From the NCBI GenBank assembly GCA_963760615.1, contig CAVXDX010000014.1, forward strand, positions 32,001 to 96,000: 64,000 bases of DNA, in the 5' to 3' direction. The position numbers and the translations under genes are program-made. The notes beneath the pieces were generated by a model. It did not search any database. It had not been told where the DNA came from and was given only the letters and a program-made list of their open reading frames with translations. Every line of letters begins with the position of its first letter. The stretch's first letter is position 1. Positions 19,717 through 29,440 of the stretch are shown here, piece by piece. This stretch comes from an uncultured Candidatus Micrarchaeota archaeon (lineage in GTDB: Archaea; Micrarchaeota; Micrarchaeia; Burarchaeales; Fermentimicrarchaeaceae).

Positions 19717-22358
19717 TCGGAGAAGGAGACTTTCTCTTTAGTTCTTCCCCTTGCAAACCTCTTGCTTCCTCCTCCTGCTCCTCCAAACTTGGAGTATAAC
19801 TGCGAGAGAAGCTTGCTTGAATCCATCTCAGAACCTTCAAAGGTTGCCGCAACAACGTCATTGTTCTGGTTTGCCAGTACTGCGGTTACATCTTTCTCAG
19901 AGATGCACAGGGCAATCTTTTCCAGCAGTTTGGCATCAACGTTGAGAATCTTCCTCAGAACCTTGCCTTTCGCCTCCTGCAGAAGCTTCTCAGCCTCCAA
20001 TTCAGCTACCCGCTCCTCCAGCTCCCCAAGCTTCTTGCCCCTCTCCTTCCACTCTGCGAAGAAGCGCTCTTCAGTTACGGCAAGCTGCTCTGGAGAGACC
20101 TTGAGCTTTTCAGAAGCCTCTCTCAGCACCTCATCCTCCTTCTGGATGTAGCCCAAGGCTGCCTCCCCCGCAACAAACTCTATCCTGCTCACCCCGTCCT
20201 GAATCCTTTCCTCCCTTATTATCTTTATCATGCCCACCCTTCCGGTGCTTGGCAGATGAAGTCCTCCGCACGCCTCAGCATCAACCCCTCCCTCTATCTC
20301 GACTACCCTCACCAGCCTGCCCGGAGAGGAGCCTCCCTGGTATATTGTGAACCCGTATTTCTTCTCAGCCTCACCTCTATCCATATTTGTTATTCTTATC
20401 TTCCTGTCTTCCAGAACAATTTTGTTTGCAACGAGCTCTATCTGCCTTATCTGCTCAGGGGAGAGCTTCTCGTAGTGTGTTATGTCAAGATGCGCCCTAT
20501 CCTTTTCCTTCCTCGCCCCGGCCTGCCAGACATGGTTGCCGAGAACCTTCCTGCAGGCATAGTTCAGTATGTGGGTTGCGCTGTGGTGCCTCATTAGGGC
20601 TTTCCTGCGCTCCCCATCCACATGAATGTAGACTCTCTGTCCCTCGGTGAAATCGAGCTTCTCAACTCTATGGAATGCCACTCCCGCAACCTTCTGCACA
20701 TCAAGGACTTTGATTCCGTTGATTGTCCCGAGGTCCGCAACCTGTCCCCCTCCCTCAGGGTAGAATATTGTTGCATCCAGGACAACTGCTCCATTCCTCA
20801 CTGCAATGACCGTGGAGTCAAGCTCCAACTTTTCCGCATCCTCATAGTAAACCGCTCTTGTCTCAGGAAGTCCGGTTGCATCGAAAGGAGACTTCTCCTC
20901 CTTCACTGTGATGTGGTTCTTGGTGAGCGCATCATAGAAGTCTGCCGGAATCTGTATGCCCACCTTCTCCTCCTTGGCAACCTTCTGTATGAGCTCCGGG
21001 GTTATCCCCTGGGACTCGTAGAGCTTTGCAAGCTCCTCTGATGAGAATTTTTTGCCCTCGCCGAGGATGTTCGCAACAATCCTCCTGGATATCTTTATGG
21101 TTGAGTCATACCTCTTCTCCTCAAAATCTATTATCCTCTGCATCTGGGGGAGGTTCTCAAGCAGCTCGGGAAAGAGCGGTTTAAGCTCCCGGCAATTCAG
21201 CTCTATTATGTCGTTTATATGGAAGGGGAATCCGAACTGCTCTATGAAGCTCAGGGCTCTTCTCAGCACAACCCTGAGGTTGTAGCCCCCTCCCGTATTG
21301 CTTGGCAGGGCTCCGTCATTTATTGCATATGCCAGTGTCCTGGCGTGGTCGCATATTGCGTATACTGCCTCAACAGGCGCAATTTTTGACTCCAGCTCCT
21401 CAACGGTGATGCCGAGTGTTTTTGCAATCCCTTTTCTTACATTCCTTATATCCCCTGAAACATCCATGTCGAGAGAACCGCTTATCTTGGCATACCTGTT
21501 GAACAGCCCGGCATCAAACTCGAGAGAAGCTTCCTTCCTCATTTTCTCAAGTACGGGGCCGAAGACTGCATCATAGCTTGTTGGCGTGCCCTGGGTTAGC
21601 CAGGTGAATCTCTCCAACCCAGCTCCCATGTCGATGACTTTCTCATCCATCTCCCTGTAGTTGTCCATTTCTCCAAGAAACTGGGTGAAAACTGCGTTGC
21701 CAAGCTCTAAACCCTTAACATAGTATTCAAGTGAGGAGCCGAACGCCCCGTAGCCAATCCAAGCATCCTCAACGAAGACTATCTCCTCCTTTTGAATTCC
21801 AAAAACCCTGTTCACCAACTCAAAATCCAAATCAATGCATCTATCCTTCCAGTAGCCCTTCTCATTCGCAAGCGCATGCTGACCCACCATGACGAAGGAG
21901 CTGTAGTGCCTCCCAGTAACTCCTATGTTAGGTATGTCTGAGAATCGCATGCACACCTGGGGTATTATCAGCGGGTTTGCAGGCAACTCGAAAGCCACCT
22001 GGCCCTTCTCAATCCTCTGGAAGTCGATTATGGATGCAACGGTGAAGAAAAGATCAGGTCTCCAGCGCGAGACAACAGGGTATCTCCTCACAGATGTGTG
22101 GCCTTTTGAAACGAAGAAGTTGTCAATCTCCTTCCATGCTTCTGCATAGCTGAATCGCTTGCTTGTAGGTGGGCTGCCTATAAAACCATAGCTTGTGCAT
22201 GTCGCATCCGGGCACGTGTCGCCAGCACCGATAGACCAGAAGAACTTCCCGCATTTTTTGCACTGCTTCCTTGTGTAGCCCTCCCTCTCAAAAAGCTCGA
22301 CCGTCCAGTACTTGTCATGGTCTTTCTGGAATTTCTGTATGAGCTCCTTCTTTCCCAT
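19713..22358 (-). CDS. alaS: Alanine--tRNA ligase (archaeal type)
   Basis: RWRPD, ELGNAVF, DMGAGLER, FYPEGGGQ, HHSATH and CGGLH editing motifs. Confidence 0.97.
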   Translation of the reverse strand: MGKKELIQKFQKDHDKYWTVELFEREGYTRKQCKKCGKFFWSIGAGDTCPDATCTSYGFIGSPPTSKRFSYAEAWKEIDNFFVSKGHTSVRRYPVVSRWRPDLFFTVASIIDFQRIEKGQVAFELPANPLIIPQVCMRFSDIPNIGVTGRHYSSFVMVGQHALANEKGYWKDRCIDLDFELVNRVFGIQKEEIVFVEDAWIGYGAFGSSLEYYVKGLELGNAVFTQFLGEMDNYREMDEKVIDMGAGLERFTWLTQGTPTSYDAVFGPVLEKMRKEASLEFDAGLFNRYAKISGSLDMDVSGDIRNVRKGIAKTLGITVEELESKIAPVEAVYAICDHARTLAYAINDGALPSNTGGGYNLRVVLRRALSFIEQFGFPFHINDIIELNCRELKPLFPELLENLPQMQRIIDFEEKRYDSTIKISRRIVANILGEGKKFSSEELAKLYESQGITPELIQKVAKEEKVGIQIPADFYDALTKNHITVKEEKSPFDATGLPETRAVYYEDAEKLELDSTVIAVRNGAVVLDATIFYPEGGGQVADLGTINGIKVLDVQKVAGVAFHRVEKLDFTEGQRVYIHVDGERRKALMRHHSATHILNYACRKVLGNHVWQAGARKEKDRAHLDITHYEKLSPEQIRQIELVANKIVLEDRKIRITNMDRGEAEKKYGFTIYQGGSSPGRLVRVVEIEGGVDAEACGGLHLPSTGRVGMIKIIREERIQDGVSRIEFVAGEAALGYIQKEDEVLREASEKLKVSPEQLAVTEERFFAEWKERGKKLGELEERVAELEAEKLLQEAKGKVLRKILNVDAKLLEKIALCISEKDVTAVLANQNNDVVAATFEGSEMDSSKLLSQLYSKFGGAGGGSKRFARGRTKEKVSFSD

Positions 22359-22405
22359 GTTGACCAGATGAATTTTATAAACAGTATATTAAAGCCTTTT
22401 TGGTA

Positions 22406-23038
22406 TCAGCATTCCCTCTGGTATTGAATGTAGGAGTAGACGACAGAATAAACTGCTATCAGAATGGCAGGAACAGCTATGATGAGCACTGCATAGGATG
22501 GGAAGAATATTCCAAGAAGCGCGACAACTCCGCTGGCTTTAAGCAGCTTCCCGCAGATTTTGTTAGTCTTATTCCACACTCTTTCGCTGCTCATGGTCCA
22601 GGGTGTCTGTATACCAATGAACCAGTTTCTCTTTGCATTCTCGGTAAGGACTCCGGAGTAGTATAGCAGCACGGCAAAGGCTGGTGCAAGAAGCTGCATT
22701 AGGTTGAATTTCACACCCGTATTCCATAGTATTGTGAGGAGGTAGAGGTAGAAAAAGAACAAAGCTACGATTATTGAGAATGCGCCATAGTATTTCCTGA
22801 ACTTCTCAATGTTTGCCTTGAGAGGGTCTACTCGAGGTATGAGCACAATAAAGATGAGCAGTATTACGAGGATAATCGGCATTACAAACAGGCCCCAGAG
22901 CTTGGGGATGTAACTGTCAACCTCGCCTGCCACATTCCAGTGCGAGGCCATGCTCTCAGGCATCTGCGGGTAGAGGTAGACAGCTACTGCGAAAGATAGT
23001 ATGATTACGGCAAGGATTAATGCCTCGCTTGTCCTCAT
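22406..23038 (-). CDS. SdpI/DUF1648 family membrane protein
   Basis: MASHWNVAGEVD, KRNWFIGIQTPWTMSSERVWNKTN. Confidence 0.88.
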   Translation of the reverse strand: MRTSEALILAVIILSFAVAVYLYPQMPESMASHWNVAGEVDSYIPKLWGLFVMPIILVILLIFIVLIPRVDPLKANIEKFRKYYGAFSIIVALFFFYLYLLTILWNTGVKFNLMQLLAPAFAVLLYYSGVLTENAKRNWFIGIQTPWTMSSERVWNKTNKICGKLLKASGVVALLGIFFPSYAVLIIAVPAILIAVYSVVYSYIQYQREC

Positions 23039-23123
23039 AAGTTACTATTCTCTTAGGATGTTTAAAAATATATGCCAACCGGGTATAGGATTTATTAAAC
23101 TGTTTCGCTCCTAAAAGTAAGGA

Positions 23124-23195
23124 GGGCCCGTAGTCGAGTGGTAAGACGTCAGTCTCACACACTGAAGATCCCCGGTTCGATCCCGGGCGGGCCCA
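23124..23195 (+). tRNA. tRNA-Val(CAC)
   Basis: GGGCCCG/CGGGCCC acceptor stem; anticodon arm TCAGT-CTCACAC-ACTGA; GGTTCGATCC T loop; CCA not encoded. Confidence 0.95.
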
Positions 23196-23247
23196 CTCTT
23201 CTTTGAGCAAACATTTTAAATGTTCAATTGAATAATAAACAAGCCGA

Positions 23248-23322
23248 GCTCCGATCGTCTAGTCCGGTTAAGGATTCAGGCCTCTCGAGCCTGCGACCCG
23301 GGTTCAAATCCCGGTCGGAGCA
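23248..23322 (+). tRNA. tRNA-Glu(CTC); integration target
   Basis: GCTCCGA/TCGGAGC acceptor stem; anticodon arm CAGGC-CTCTCGA-GCCTG; GGTTCAAATCC T loop. Confidence 0.96.
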
Positions 23323-23338
23323 CTGAGCCATAGGCTCA
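23312..23338 (+). repeat. att site 1 (attL): core CGGTCGGAGCA plus CTGAGCCATAGGCTCA hairpin
   Basis: 27-bp string identical at 43612-43638 and 47859-47885. Confidence 0.93.
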
Positions 23339-23457
23339 ACTCCCCACCTTCCCAAGCAACTTTTCTTGTTCCCGTCTCTGGTTCTGAGTGGCAACGTTTA
23401 AATAGACTGCGTCGGTGAACGTAGACGGACCTAGGTTAGAACAAGCAAGTTCACTTC

Positions 23458-23847
23458 TTAAACCCATCCTCTTCTGCATCGCGTACATTTTGTTGGGTGA
23501 CCAACTCTCTTATGCTGTACGTGACCACATCGACATCTACTTGTACTCAAATATCTTGGCAGGTAAGTTACTTTATCAATAACGCGCCCAGCCTTCCCGA
23601 CACCGTACTCTAGGGTTTTTTTCCCTAATTCGCCACCAATCTTTTCGCCCCCCTTTTTACCAATGAACCCGCCGATCTTTTGAGCACGAGGAAGAAGATA
23701 GGGTTGATGTGACGCTATAACCATAGTTTCAGCAGTCCTTTTCCCTGTTTCTTCACCTACCTTGCCACCAATTAATTCTCCGCCTTGCTGTCCTACAACT
23801 CTACCTATCTTGCGACCAGATTTCTCAAAATTACCCATTTCGCCCAT
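23458..23847 (-). CDS. Glycine/lysine-rich hypothetical protein with C-terminal CxC..CxxC motif
   Basis: GxxxG repeats (KIGG.IG..GGE.IGG); CRCGH..CTRC. Confidence 0.6.
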   Translation of the reverse strand: MGEMGNFEKSGRKIGRVVGQQGGELIGGKVGEETGKRTAETMVIASHQPYLLPRAQKIGGFIGKKGGEKIGGELGKKTLEYGVGKAGRVIDKVTYLPRYLSTSRCRCGHVQHKRVGHPTKCTRCRRGWV

Positions 23848-23888
23848 AATATCATCTCTAACACTACAATATTTCGTAATAAATGGAT

Positions 23889-24326
23889 TTACCTATGCCA
23901 TCCAAATATTGTTCTGATAATATCTTGCCCCAGCTTCTCCCGGCCAGTTTCTGCTTTCCTAGTTTCAAGTTGGTATCTGGCCTGCGTTTTTTGTATTTCT
24001 GCTTCGTGCTTCTTAGCAACTCTTTTTGTCTTCTCTTCTTCTATTTTCATTCGCGCCTTAGCTCCTTGTTTACTAATTCTCTCTAATGAATCGAAACCAT
24101 ATTTACCAAGATCGTAAGAGCGTATGAACATGAATAGACCAAAGAGGAGGTAGATTATCTGAAGAAAAATATTGTTGGTATTAGACAATAACCAAAGGCA
24201 ACCTAGTCCTGCCAATGCTAATCCTGCGGATGGACTTAGATATAACACATTTTTTATTAGTGAATCCATCATATCATCTTGGGAATCACAATTGACTGGC
24301 CGGTTTGAATTCAGTATCATGTTCAT
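23889..24326 (-). CDS. Hypothetical two-TM protein with charged coiled-coil tail
   Basis: Two hydrophobic helices then a K/E-rich segment. Confidence 0.55.
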   Translation of the reverse strand: MNMILNSNRPVNCDSQDDMMDSLIKNVLYLSPSAGLALAGLGCLWLLSNTNNIFLQIIYLLFGLFMFIRSYDLGKYGFDSLERISKQGAKARMKIEEEKTKRVAKKHEAEIQKTQARYQLETRKAETGREKLGQDIIRTIFGWHR

Positions 24327-24684
24327 CTATTGGTTTGTCTATAAAAATCCGTTTATAGCATTTGTTCTCTTCAATTCTTTTATTTCCCGTCTTTTGTTCT
24401 TCTTCAGAGAGTATATCTTTCAAATGCTCTTTAGCTTTCATAGAGTGATACTTTACTAGATTTTGAAATTTTTCTGTAGTTTCCCTAAGAAGGTAATAAG
24501 CTTTTTTGTGTTTATCCGGATCTTTATTAGATAGGCTGAGGATATTATCGAGTTTTGGTTTGATTGACTCTAGCTTTTTATCAGCGTATTCTAAGGCTTC
24601 AACGTGGTAGTGAACCCATTCAATTCCTTTCCTTTTTATCTTTCCATTTTTACTATTCCTACTTTCAGAATCGCTCCCAGTCAT
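24286..24684 (-). CDS. Hypothetical helical protein
   Basis: Lies within the tightly packed minus-strand operon. Confidence 0.5.
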   Translation of the reverse strand: MTGSDSESRNSKNGKIKRKGIEWVHYHVEALEYADKKLESIKPKLDNILSLSNKDPDKHKKAYYLLRETTEKFQNLVKYHSMKAKEHLKDILSEEEQKTGNKRIEENKCYKRIFIDKPIDEHDTEFKPASQL

Positions 24685-24692
24685 GACACCAC

Positions 24693-25316
24693 CTATTCTT
24701 CAATATCCTCAGTTCCGAGGCTAAATAAGTATGCTTCAAAATTTTCAACAATTTGTGGGTTATCGGAATTTGCCAATTCCCACATGGCCTTTCCGTATTT
24801 GTCAAATTCTTTCACAAAAAACTCATCTCTGTCAGTATACTTAAACAAGGTCAAAGATTTTCCTAGAGATTTGCTCATAAAACGAGTAGCTTCGTCAGTT
24901 TTAAAAAATAGAGCTTTTGTGCCATCTTTATATTTGTAACCAAATCTGTCTATGAATTTATGCTCTAGTAAAACCTTACCGATCTTTTTTACAAATGAGA
25001 TATTTGTATAATCTGGGCAATAGATACAAAAAACATGTTCATTTCCTTCGATATCTGAACCACGAGCCTTGAATGAATCGGTAAGCTTCATTTCTTTAGC
25101 CATCCTGGCAACCTCTCTGAAAGTTTCTATGAATACCTCATCCGAGACAAAAATCAACCACTTCCCATTTTTTTCGTCGGACGTATTTTTGCATTCTGGG
25201 TGATTAGAGAGGGAAACATAGTTCCATTCAGGATGCGGTGGAATAAAAGAATCTATGTTGGTATCCTCCTGGATAACTGAATCGGACTCCCATATTGGCT
25301 TAATTTTTCGCATCAT
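24693..25316 (-). CDS. DUF1917/BLES03-like protein (eIF4E-like fold, inferred)
   Basis: GKWLIFV..K..HVFCIYCPDY..V..I..L..FKTDEAT pattern. Confidence 0.55.
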   Translation of the reverse strand: MMRKIKPIWESDSVIQEDTNIDSFIPPHPEWNYVSLSNHPECKNTSDEKNGKWLIFVSDEVFIETFREVARMAKEMKLTDSFKARGSDIEGNEHVFCIYCPDYTNISFVKKIGKVLLEHKFIDRFGYKYKDGTKALFFKTDEATRFMSKSLGKSLTLFKYTDRDEFFVKEFDKYGKAMWELANSDNPQIVENFEAYLFSLGTEDIEE

Positions 25317-25323
25317 AATAACC

Positions 25324-26733
25324 TCATAGGATCATACATTCTCCATATTTTGGAATCTCACACTTTGTCCCAAACTCTTCAAACTTAGAAGGATTTTCAG
25401 TATGTATCGGTACGAATCTCTTTGCATTGATAGTAGTAGCTATCTTGAGCAAGTCCTGTTGCGGAGCATGTCCAGAAGCATGGATTTGATGTCTAGACAG
25501 GCCAAATAGGTCAAGCCAGTTCGTACAGCGTTTCTCATCGAATTTTGTTTCTTCATTGAAAGCCTCGCTCATAGAATGGATATAGACGCTTCCTGCATTA
25601 GGACGCATATCCGCCATATCAAGCATATCAAAGTAGCCCAAACAAGCTATAATCTCCTCCTGATGATTATGCATGTACTCTGCACGAACTGTATTAGAGC
25701 AATTCAATAGCGGCTTTTTCCACCGCTCGGTATAGTCCGATTCATCATATGTGCCAGAAGCGCATTTTTCTTGATATAGAAGTATGTTATCATCGGACTT
25801 AATTTCAGGCAAAGCCGGAATCACGGACTTAAGAGACTGAATGTAATGCGCGGTGCGGAAGGGAATCAGAAGCTTTCTGTTGGTTGACTTGGCGATTTCA
25901 TAAAAAGTAAGAAAACGCGTAGTATCTTTCCAAGAGAAGTCTGCAAAAACCATATTTTCAGATTCATCAATTATCTTTGTTGAGTTTGCCTTAACGTAAG
26001 GTTCTCCATGAGTTTCGGTAGACATTATTCGCGTTCCCTCGCATAAAAAGAGTTCGGGCTTCACTATGGCTGCGTGTTCCGCGAACTCTTGTGTCAGATG
26101 CCCTTGGACTCCGTGCATTCTCAGATCACCCGAATAAGCAATGGTACCTTCAGAATAATAAATGAGGAAAGCACATGCACCTGGTACAGAATGGTCAACT
26201 GGAAAAGGCTCTATCTCAATTGGGCCGATTTTGAATTTTTTGTCGACTCCCTCAATTTTTCTATTAATCGGGGGATTTTTGTAATCCTTTCGCATGAGTG
26301 GTCTGAGCTTAAAATTAGTTATCTCATTTTCAAGCTCACGCTGTCCGACTTCTTGCACTACCTCCATAACCTTTTTTGTAGTTGGCGTGCAGTAAATAGT
26401 TATGTCATTGTCAAGGAATGCAATGTACGCTGCATGGTCGAAATGAGCATGAGAAAGCAAGACTGCATCAACGGCTACCTCTTTGTGCACCTTTGCACCT
26501 GCAAACTCTAGCAAGTCGGGTCTGTAAACGCCCGCGATGTCAGGGAGCAAGCCGGTCTTCCAGAAAGTTTCAATTCCCCGCGAAGATGTCGGTTTGAGGT
26601 ATTCCTCGAAGTATTTCCCCCATGTCCCAAAGCTCTTTCCGAAGTCAAGGAAGATTTTTGTATCCTGGTCTTCTAGCAGAATCTTGTTGCCACCGATCTC
26701 ATTTACACCACCATAAAAAGTTAGAGAAGACAT
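25324..26733 (-). CDS. Metallo-beta-lactamase/beta-CASP ribonuclease (RNase J-like)
   Basis: GGVNEIGGN, SHAHFDH, DHSVPG, YSGD, HASGH, PIHTE all intact. Confidence 0.9.
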   Translation of the reverse strand: MSSLTFYGGVNEIGGNKILLEDQDTKIFLDFGKSFGTWGKYFEEYLKPTSSRGIETFWKTGLLPDIAGVYRPDLLEFAGAKVHKEVAVDAVLLSHAHFDHAAYIAFLDNDITIYCTPTTKKVMEVVQEVGQRELENEITNFKLRPLMRKDYKNPPINRKIEGVDKKFKIGPIEIEPFPVDHSVPGACAFLIYYSEGTIAYSGDLRMHGVQGHLTQEFAEHAAIVKPELFLCEGTRIMSTETHGEPYVKANSTKIIDESENMVFADFSWKDTTRFLTFYEIAKSTNRKLLIPFRTAHYIQSLKSVIPALPEIKSDDNILLYQEKCASGTYDESDYTERWKKPLLNCSNTVRAEYMHNHQEEIIACLGYFDMLDMADMRPNAGSVYIHSMSEAFNEETKFDEKRCTNWLDLFGLSRHQIHASGHAPQQDLLKIATTINAKRFVPIHTENPSKFEEFGTKCEIPKYGECMIL

Positions 26734-26737
26734 ATGC

Positions 26738-27715
26738 TCACTTTAGGTATACATAACGTTCTAAATCCCTGATATATACTGTTTTATCATCTGTTGTATT
26801 TTTTGCAGTCTCAAATTTTTCTATAAATTCTTGAGTCTTAGCATCCAATTCGTCTGCATAAGCTATTGCTGCAGCTTCTGGGAATCTCGGCGTAATTGGT
26901 GCGCCATTTTCGAGTTTATTATGGTGACTTAATACCAAATGTACTAGCTTCAACGCCTTTTCCTTAGGCGTTTTCAGCTCATCAGTCGCTTTAGCGACAA
27001 TTTGTGCTCCAAGCACGACGTGCCCGATTAAAGAGCCTTCTGTAGTAAAATCAAAGGCTACATCACCAGTTATCTCTTCTGTTTTTCCTATGTCTTGAAG
27101 GAGGGCTCCGCAAACTAGACAGTCACTATTCAACTCAGAATGCATTTTTTGCAAAACCAGCAATATCTCGGCCATGCTGATTGAATGTTCAAGTAGACCT
27201 CCGACAAAAGCGTGGTGACGCCCTACAGCCCCTGGGCACCTACAGAATCTCTGAACTGTCTTTTCCGAAAATACATGTTTCAAAACCTTTTTTATATCTG
27301 GATCTTCGATACCATCGATTAATTCTTGGAGCCTACTTTCCATTTTCTTTATATCCTTCTTCGTATACGGGACGAAGTGCTCTAGGTCGCATGTTCCAGG
27401 CTCTAAGACTTTAACTGTCTGCTGGGGTGGATTAACCGTAAATTCTATCATGCCATTAAATTCGTTTGCAGTGGCTTCAACATAAACGATACTACCAACT
27501 GGAATCAATCGGTGTAAAGCCTCAACATCAGACTTGTTGCTAGAGCCAAAAAATTTTAGCATTATTGTACCAGTCCTATCCTGCAATTTCATTGTGAACA
27601 TATGACCCTTTTGATAAGCCTTAACCGGCTCCTTGTCTACAACCGCGAATAGATCTTTTACAATTTCTGCCCGTTTTATATCTCTTATGAACTTATTTTT
27701 TTGAAGTTTTTCCAT
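26738..27715 (-). CDS. YhaM/Cbf1-like OB-HD 3'-5' exoribonuclease homolog (HD motif reads QD)
   Basis: N-terminal OB (LQDRTGTI), HHAFVGGLLEHS, LLQDIGK, GSLIGHV, SHH, ADELDAK. Confidence 0.85.
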   Translation of the reverse strand: MEKLQKNKFIRDIKRAEIVKDLFAVVDKEPVKAYQKGHMFTMKLQDRTGTIMLKFFGSSNKSDVEALHRLIPVGSIVYVEATANEFNGMIEFTVNPPQQTVKVLEPGTCDLEHFVPYTKKDIKKMESRLQELIDGIEDPDIKKVLKHVFSEKTVQRFCRCPGAVGRHHAFVGGLLEHSISMAEILLVLQKMHSELNSDCLVCGALLQDIGKTEEITGDVAFDFTTEGSLIGHVVLGAQIVAKATDELKTPKEKALKLVHLVLSHHNKLENGAPITPRFPEAAAIAYADELDAKTQEFIEKFETAKNTTDDKTVYIRDLERYVYLK

Positions 27716-27800
27716 GCTCTCCCTCCCCCCCAAGAATTGGGTTTTTAGTCTTTATATAGATGGCCCATCGATTGTCCATGTTAAACAGGACTGCCCCACC

Positions 27801-28160
27801 TTACAATATAGGTATACCTGCGGGCGTTGTTGAGTCTACAATAATATGACTTGCATAAGCAACTGAAATGGCAGCCAATAGTGCCTTCTGTTGCGGAGTA
27901 TATTCTGGGTTCTGCATCACCTTCTCGTTCGCACAAACTAGCGTTCCCAGCCCGGTACAGCTATGGAAAAAACGCCTATGCTGAGGGCTGTCTGCAGGTT
28001 CAAGTGCGTCCGGCATCATGCCAGCGGCACCACTCAGAAACGCAACACCAATTGCTTCTCTTGCATTGATTTGCTCTCCTATCATCCTCTGCTTCAGTAT
28101 AGCATAAGTCGTCAAGCCTAGTAGCGCACTCATCCAAAAATGCTCTTTTGAATTTGGCAT
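27801..28160 (-). CDS. YdjM-like membrane metal-dependent hydrolase
   Basis: H..PD.LEP..HRRFFHS..SH...D motif set; AGGTGA RBS. Confidence 0.7.
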   Translation of the reverse strand: MPNSKEHFWMSALLGLTTYAILKQRMIGEQINAREAIGVAFLSGAAGMMPDALEPADSPQHRRFFHSCTGLGTLVCANEKVMQNPEYTPQQKALLAAISVAYASHIIVDSTTPAGIPIL

Positions 28161-28214
28161 TCAATCACCTATTTGCTTTCAATTATCTCCAGTTATTGCT
28201 CTAGCTTTAGGGCA

Positions 28215-28409
28215 TTAACCGAGTACTCTCTTCGCAACAGCGAAAGCCCCAAGTAAACCAAGGATCAAGCCAATTCCTACTCCCCCCGTTATTGCAAAGG
28301 TTCCTAGACTGGTTTCGATGTTCAATCCATGCAGGATTATACCCGAAACAATCAAAACACCCACTATACCAGTTCCTGTTAGTCCAAGGCCCATTATTTT
28401 TTGTACCAT
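28215..28409 (-). CDS. Small two-TM membrane protein (64 aa)
   Basis: GAGGTGA RBS before the ATG at 28409; two Gly-rich hydrophobic helices. Confidence 0.6.
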   Translation of the reverse strand: MVQKIMGLGLTGTGIVGVLIVSGIILHGLNIETSLGTFAITGGVGIGLILGLLGAFAVAKRVLG

Positions 28410-28542
28410 TGTTTTCACCTCGTGCTGCCGGCGGCAGCACACAGAAGCGCAGCAATTCATCTTCTGTACATTTACGGCTTTGGGTATACTTATATATTGC
28501 TGAATCATCAAATTCATCATAATCAGCAAATAGGTGAGAAAA

Positions 28543-29340
28543 ATGATGCCAAAAAATGTATGTGTAGCGTTTCTTGGATTCGACAGTGATAGGATATATC
28601 TGCCTGTTAAAAAACTGAAATGCGATAAACTTCATCTTATAATTAAAGAGGGCAAGGAACATGACAATGCGTTATTTAATAGGAAATTAATCTTAGATAA
28701 TCTTAAGGGTTTTGATATAATAGAGCACGAAATGCCTCAAGATCCCCTACTTCGAATCAATTGTATCCGAAAGATTGCAGAAGCTGAAAAGGGGAACCGA
28801 ATTTTCATCAATGTTTCAACGGGCAGTAAACTTGATGCGATCTCGGGTATGCTTGGTGCTATGCTTTTTGCAAAAGACGCAGTGCTGTTCTATGCTGTAC
28901 CAGAGGCAGGCAGTAGACCCGGAAAAAAGAAAGTGGGGTATAGCGAAACACACGGTCTGAGGGATATGGAACAAGTGCCAGTATTACCAATGCAGCAACC
29001 AGATCCGATAATGCTTGAGGCACTTAGCGAGATTAAAAAAGCAGGCGGAAAAATGAAGAAAAAAGAGATAATAGTAAACTTGATTCAAAAAGGTTTCTTA
29101 GAAGAATTTGAACTTGATAAAGATAAAAAAATTGTCAGAAAAACTGACAAGTACGAATATGAAAAGGAAAGACACCGCTCAGTCCAATCAGGTGCATTTC
29201 ATGTCTGTGAGAATAAGGTTTTCAAGCAATTAAAAAATAAATGGAAACTAATAGAAGAAGATGATAGAACGAAGAACAAGAATGTTCTACTTACAGAAGA
29301 CGGGAAAAAGATGGTCAAAATATTCTTTGGTGAAATTTGA
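28543..29340 (+). CDS. CARF-like plus winged-helix regulator (DUF6293/HFX_2341-like)
   Basis: AFLGFDSDRI, FINVSTGSKL..FYAVPE Rossmann-like region; C-terminal wHTH (L..KWKLIEE..VLLTEDG). Confidence 0.7.
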   Translation: MMPKNVCVAFLGFDSDRIYLPVKKLKCDKLHLIIKEGKEHDNALFNRKLILDNLKGFDIIEHEMPQDPLLRINCIRKIAEAEKGNRIFINVSTGSKLDAISGMLGAMLFAKDAVLFYAVPEAGSRPGKKKVGYSETHGLRDMEQVPVLPMQQPDPIMLEALSEIKKAGGKMKKKEIIVNLIQKGFLEEFELDKDKKIVRKTDKYEYEKERHRSVQSGAFHVCENKVFKQLKNKWKLIEEDDRTKNKNVLLTEDGKKMVKIFFGEI

Positions 29341-29343
29341 TAG

Positions 29344-29368
29344 TTAGACACTGTATTTCCGCAGCAAT
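29344..29368 (+). promoter_or_regulatory. Putative operator TTAGAC-N5-ATTTCCGCAGCAAT
   Basis: Near-identical copy on the minus strand at 38657-38681. Confidence 0.55.
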
Positions 29369-29376
29369 CTCTTTCC

Positions 29377-29393
29377 TATAGACACTTTCGTGC
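29377..29393 (+). promoter_or_regulatory. Motif TATAGACAC-N4-GTGC upstream of the MTase-transfer operon
   Basis: Same motif at the same spacing upstream of the integrase (43560-43576, minus strand). Confidence 0.5.
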
Positions 29394-29440
29394 CTAATTC
29401 CGCATCAAAAAATATTACCACTGCCTAGCCCAAGCCTCGC

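Noticed and set aside
23124-23195. tRNA-Val as a second integration site
   Set aside because: I found no duplicate of its 3' end elsewhere in the window.
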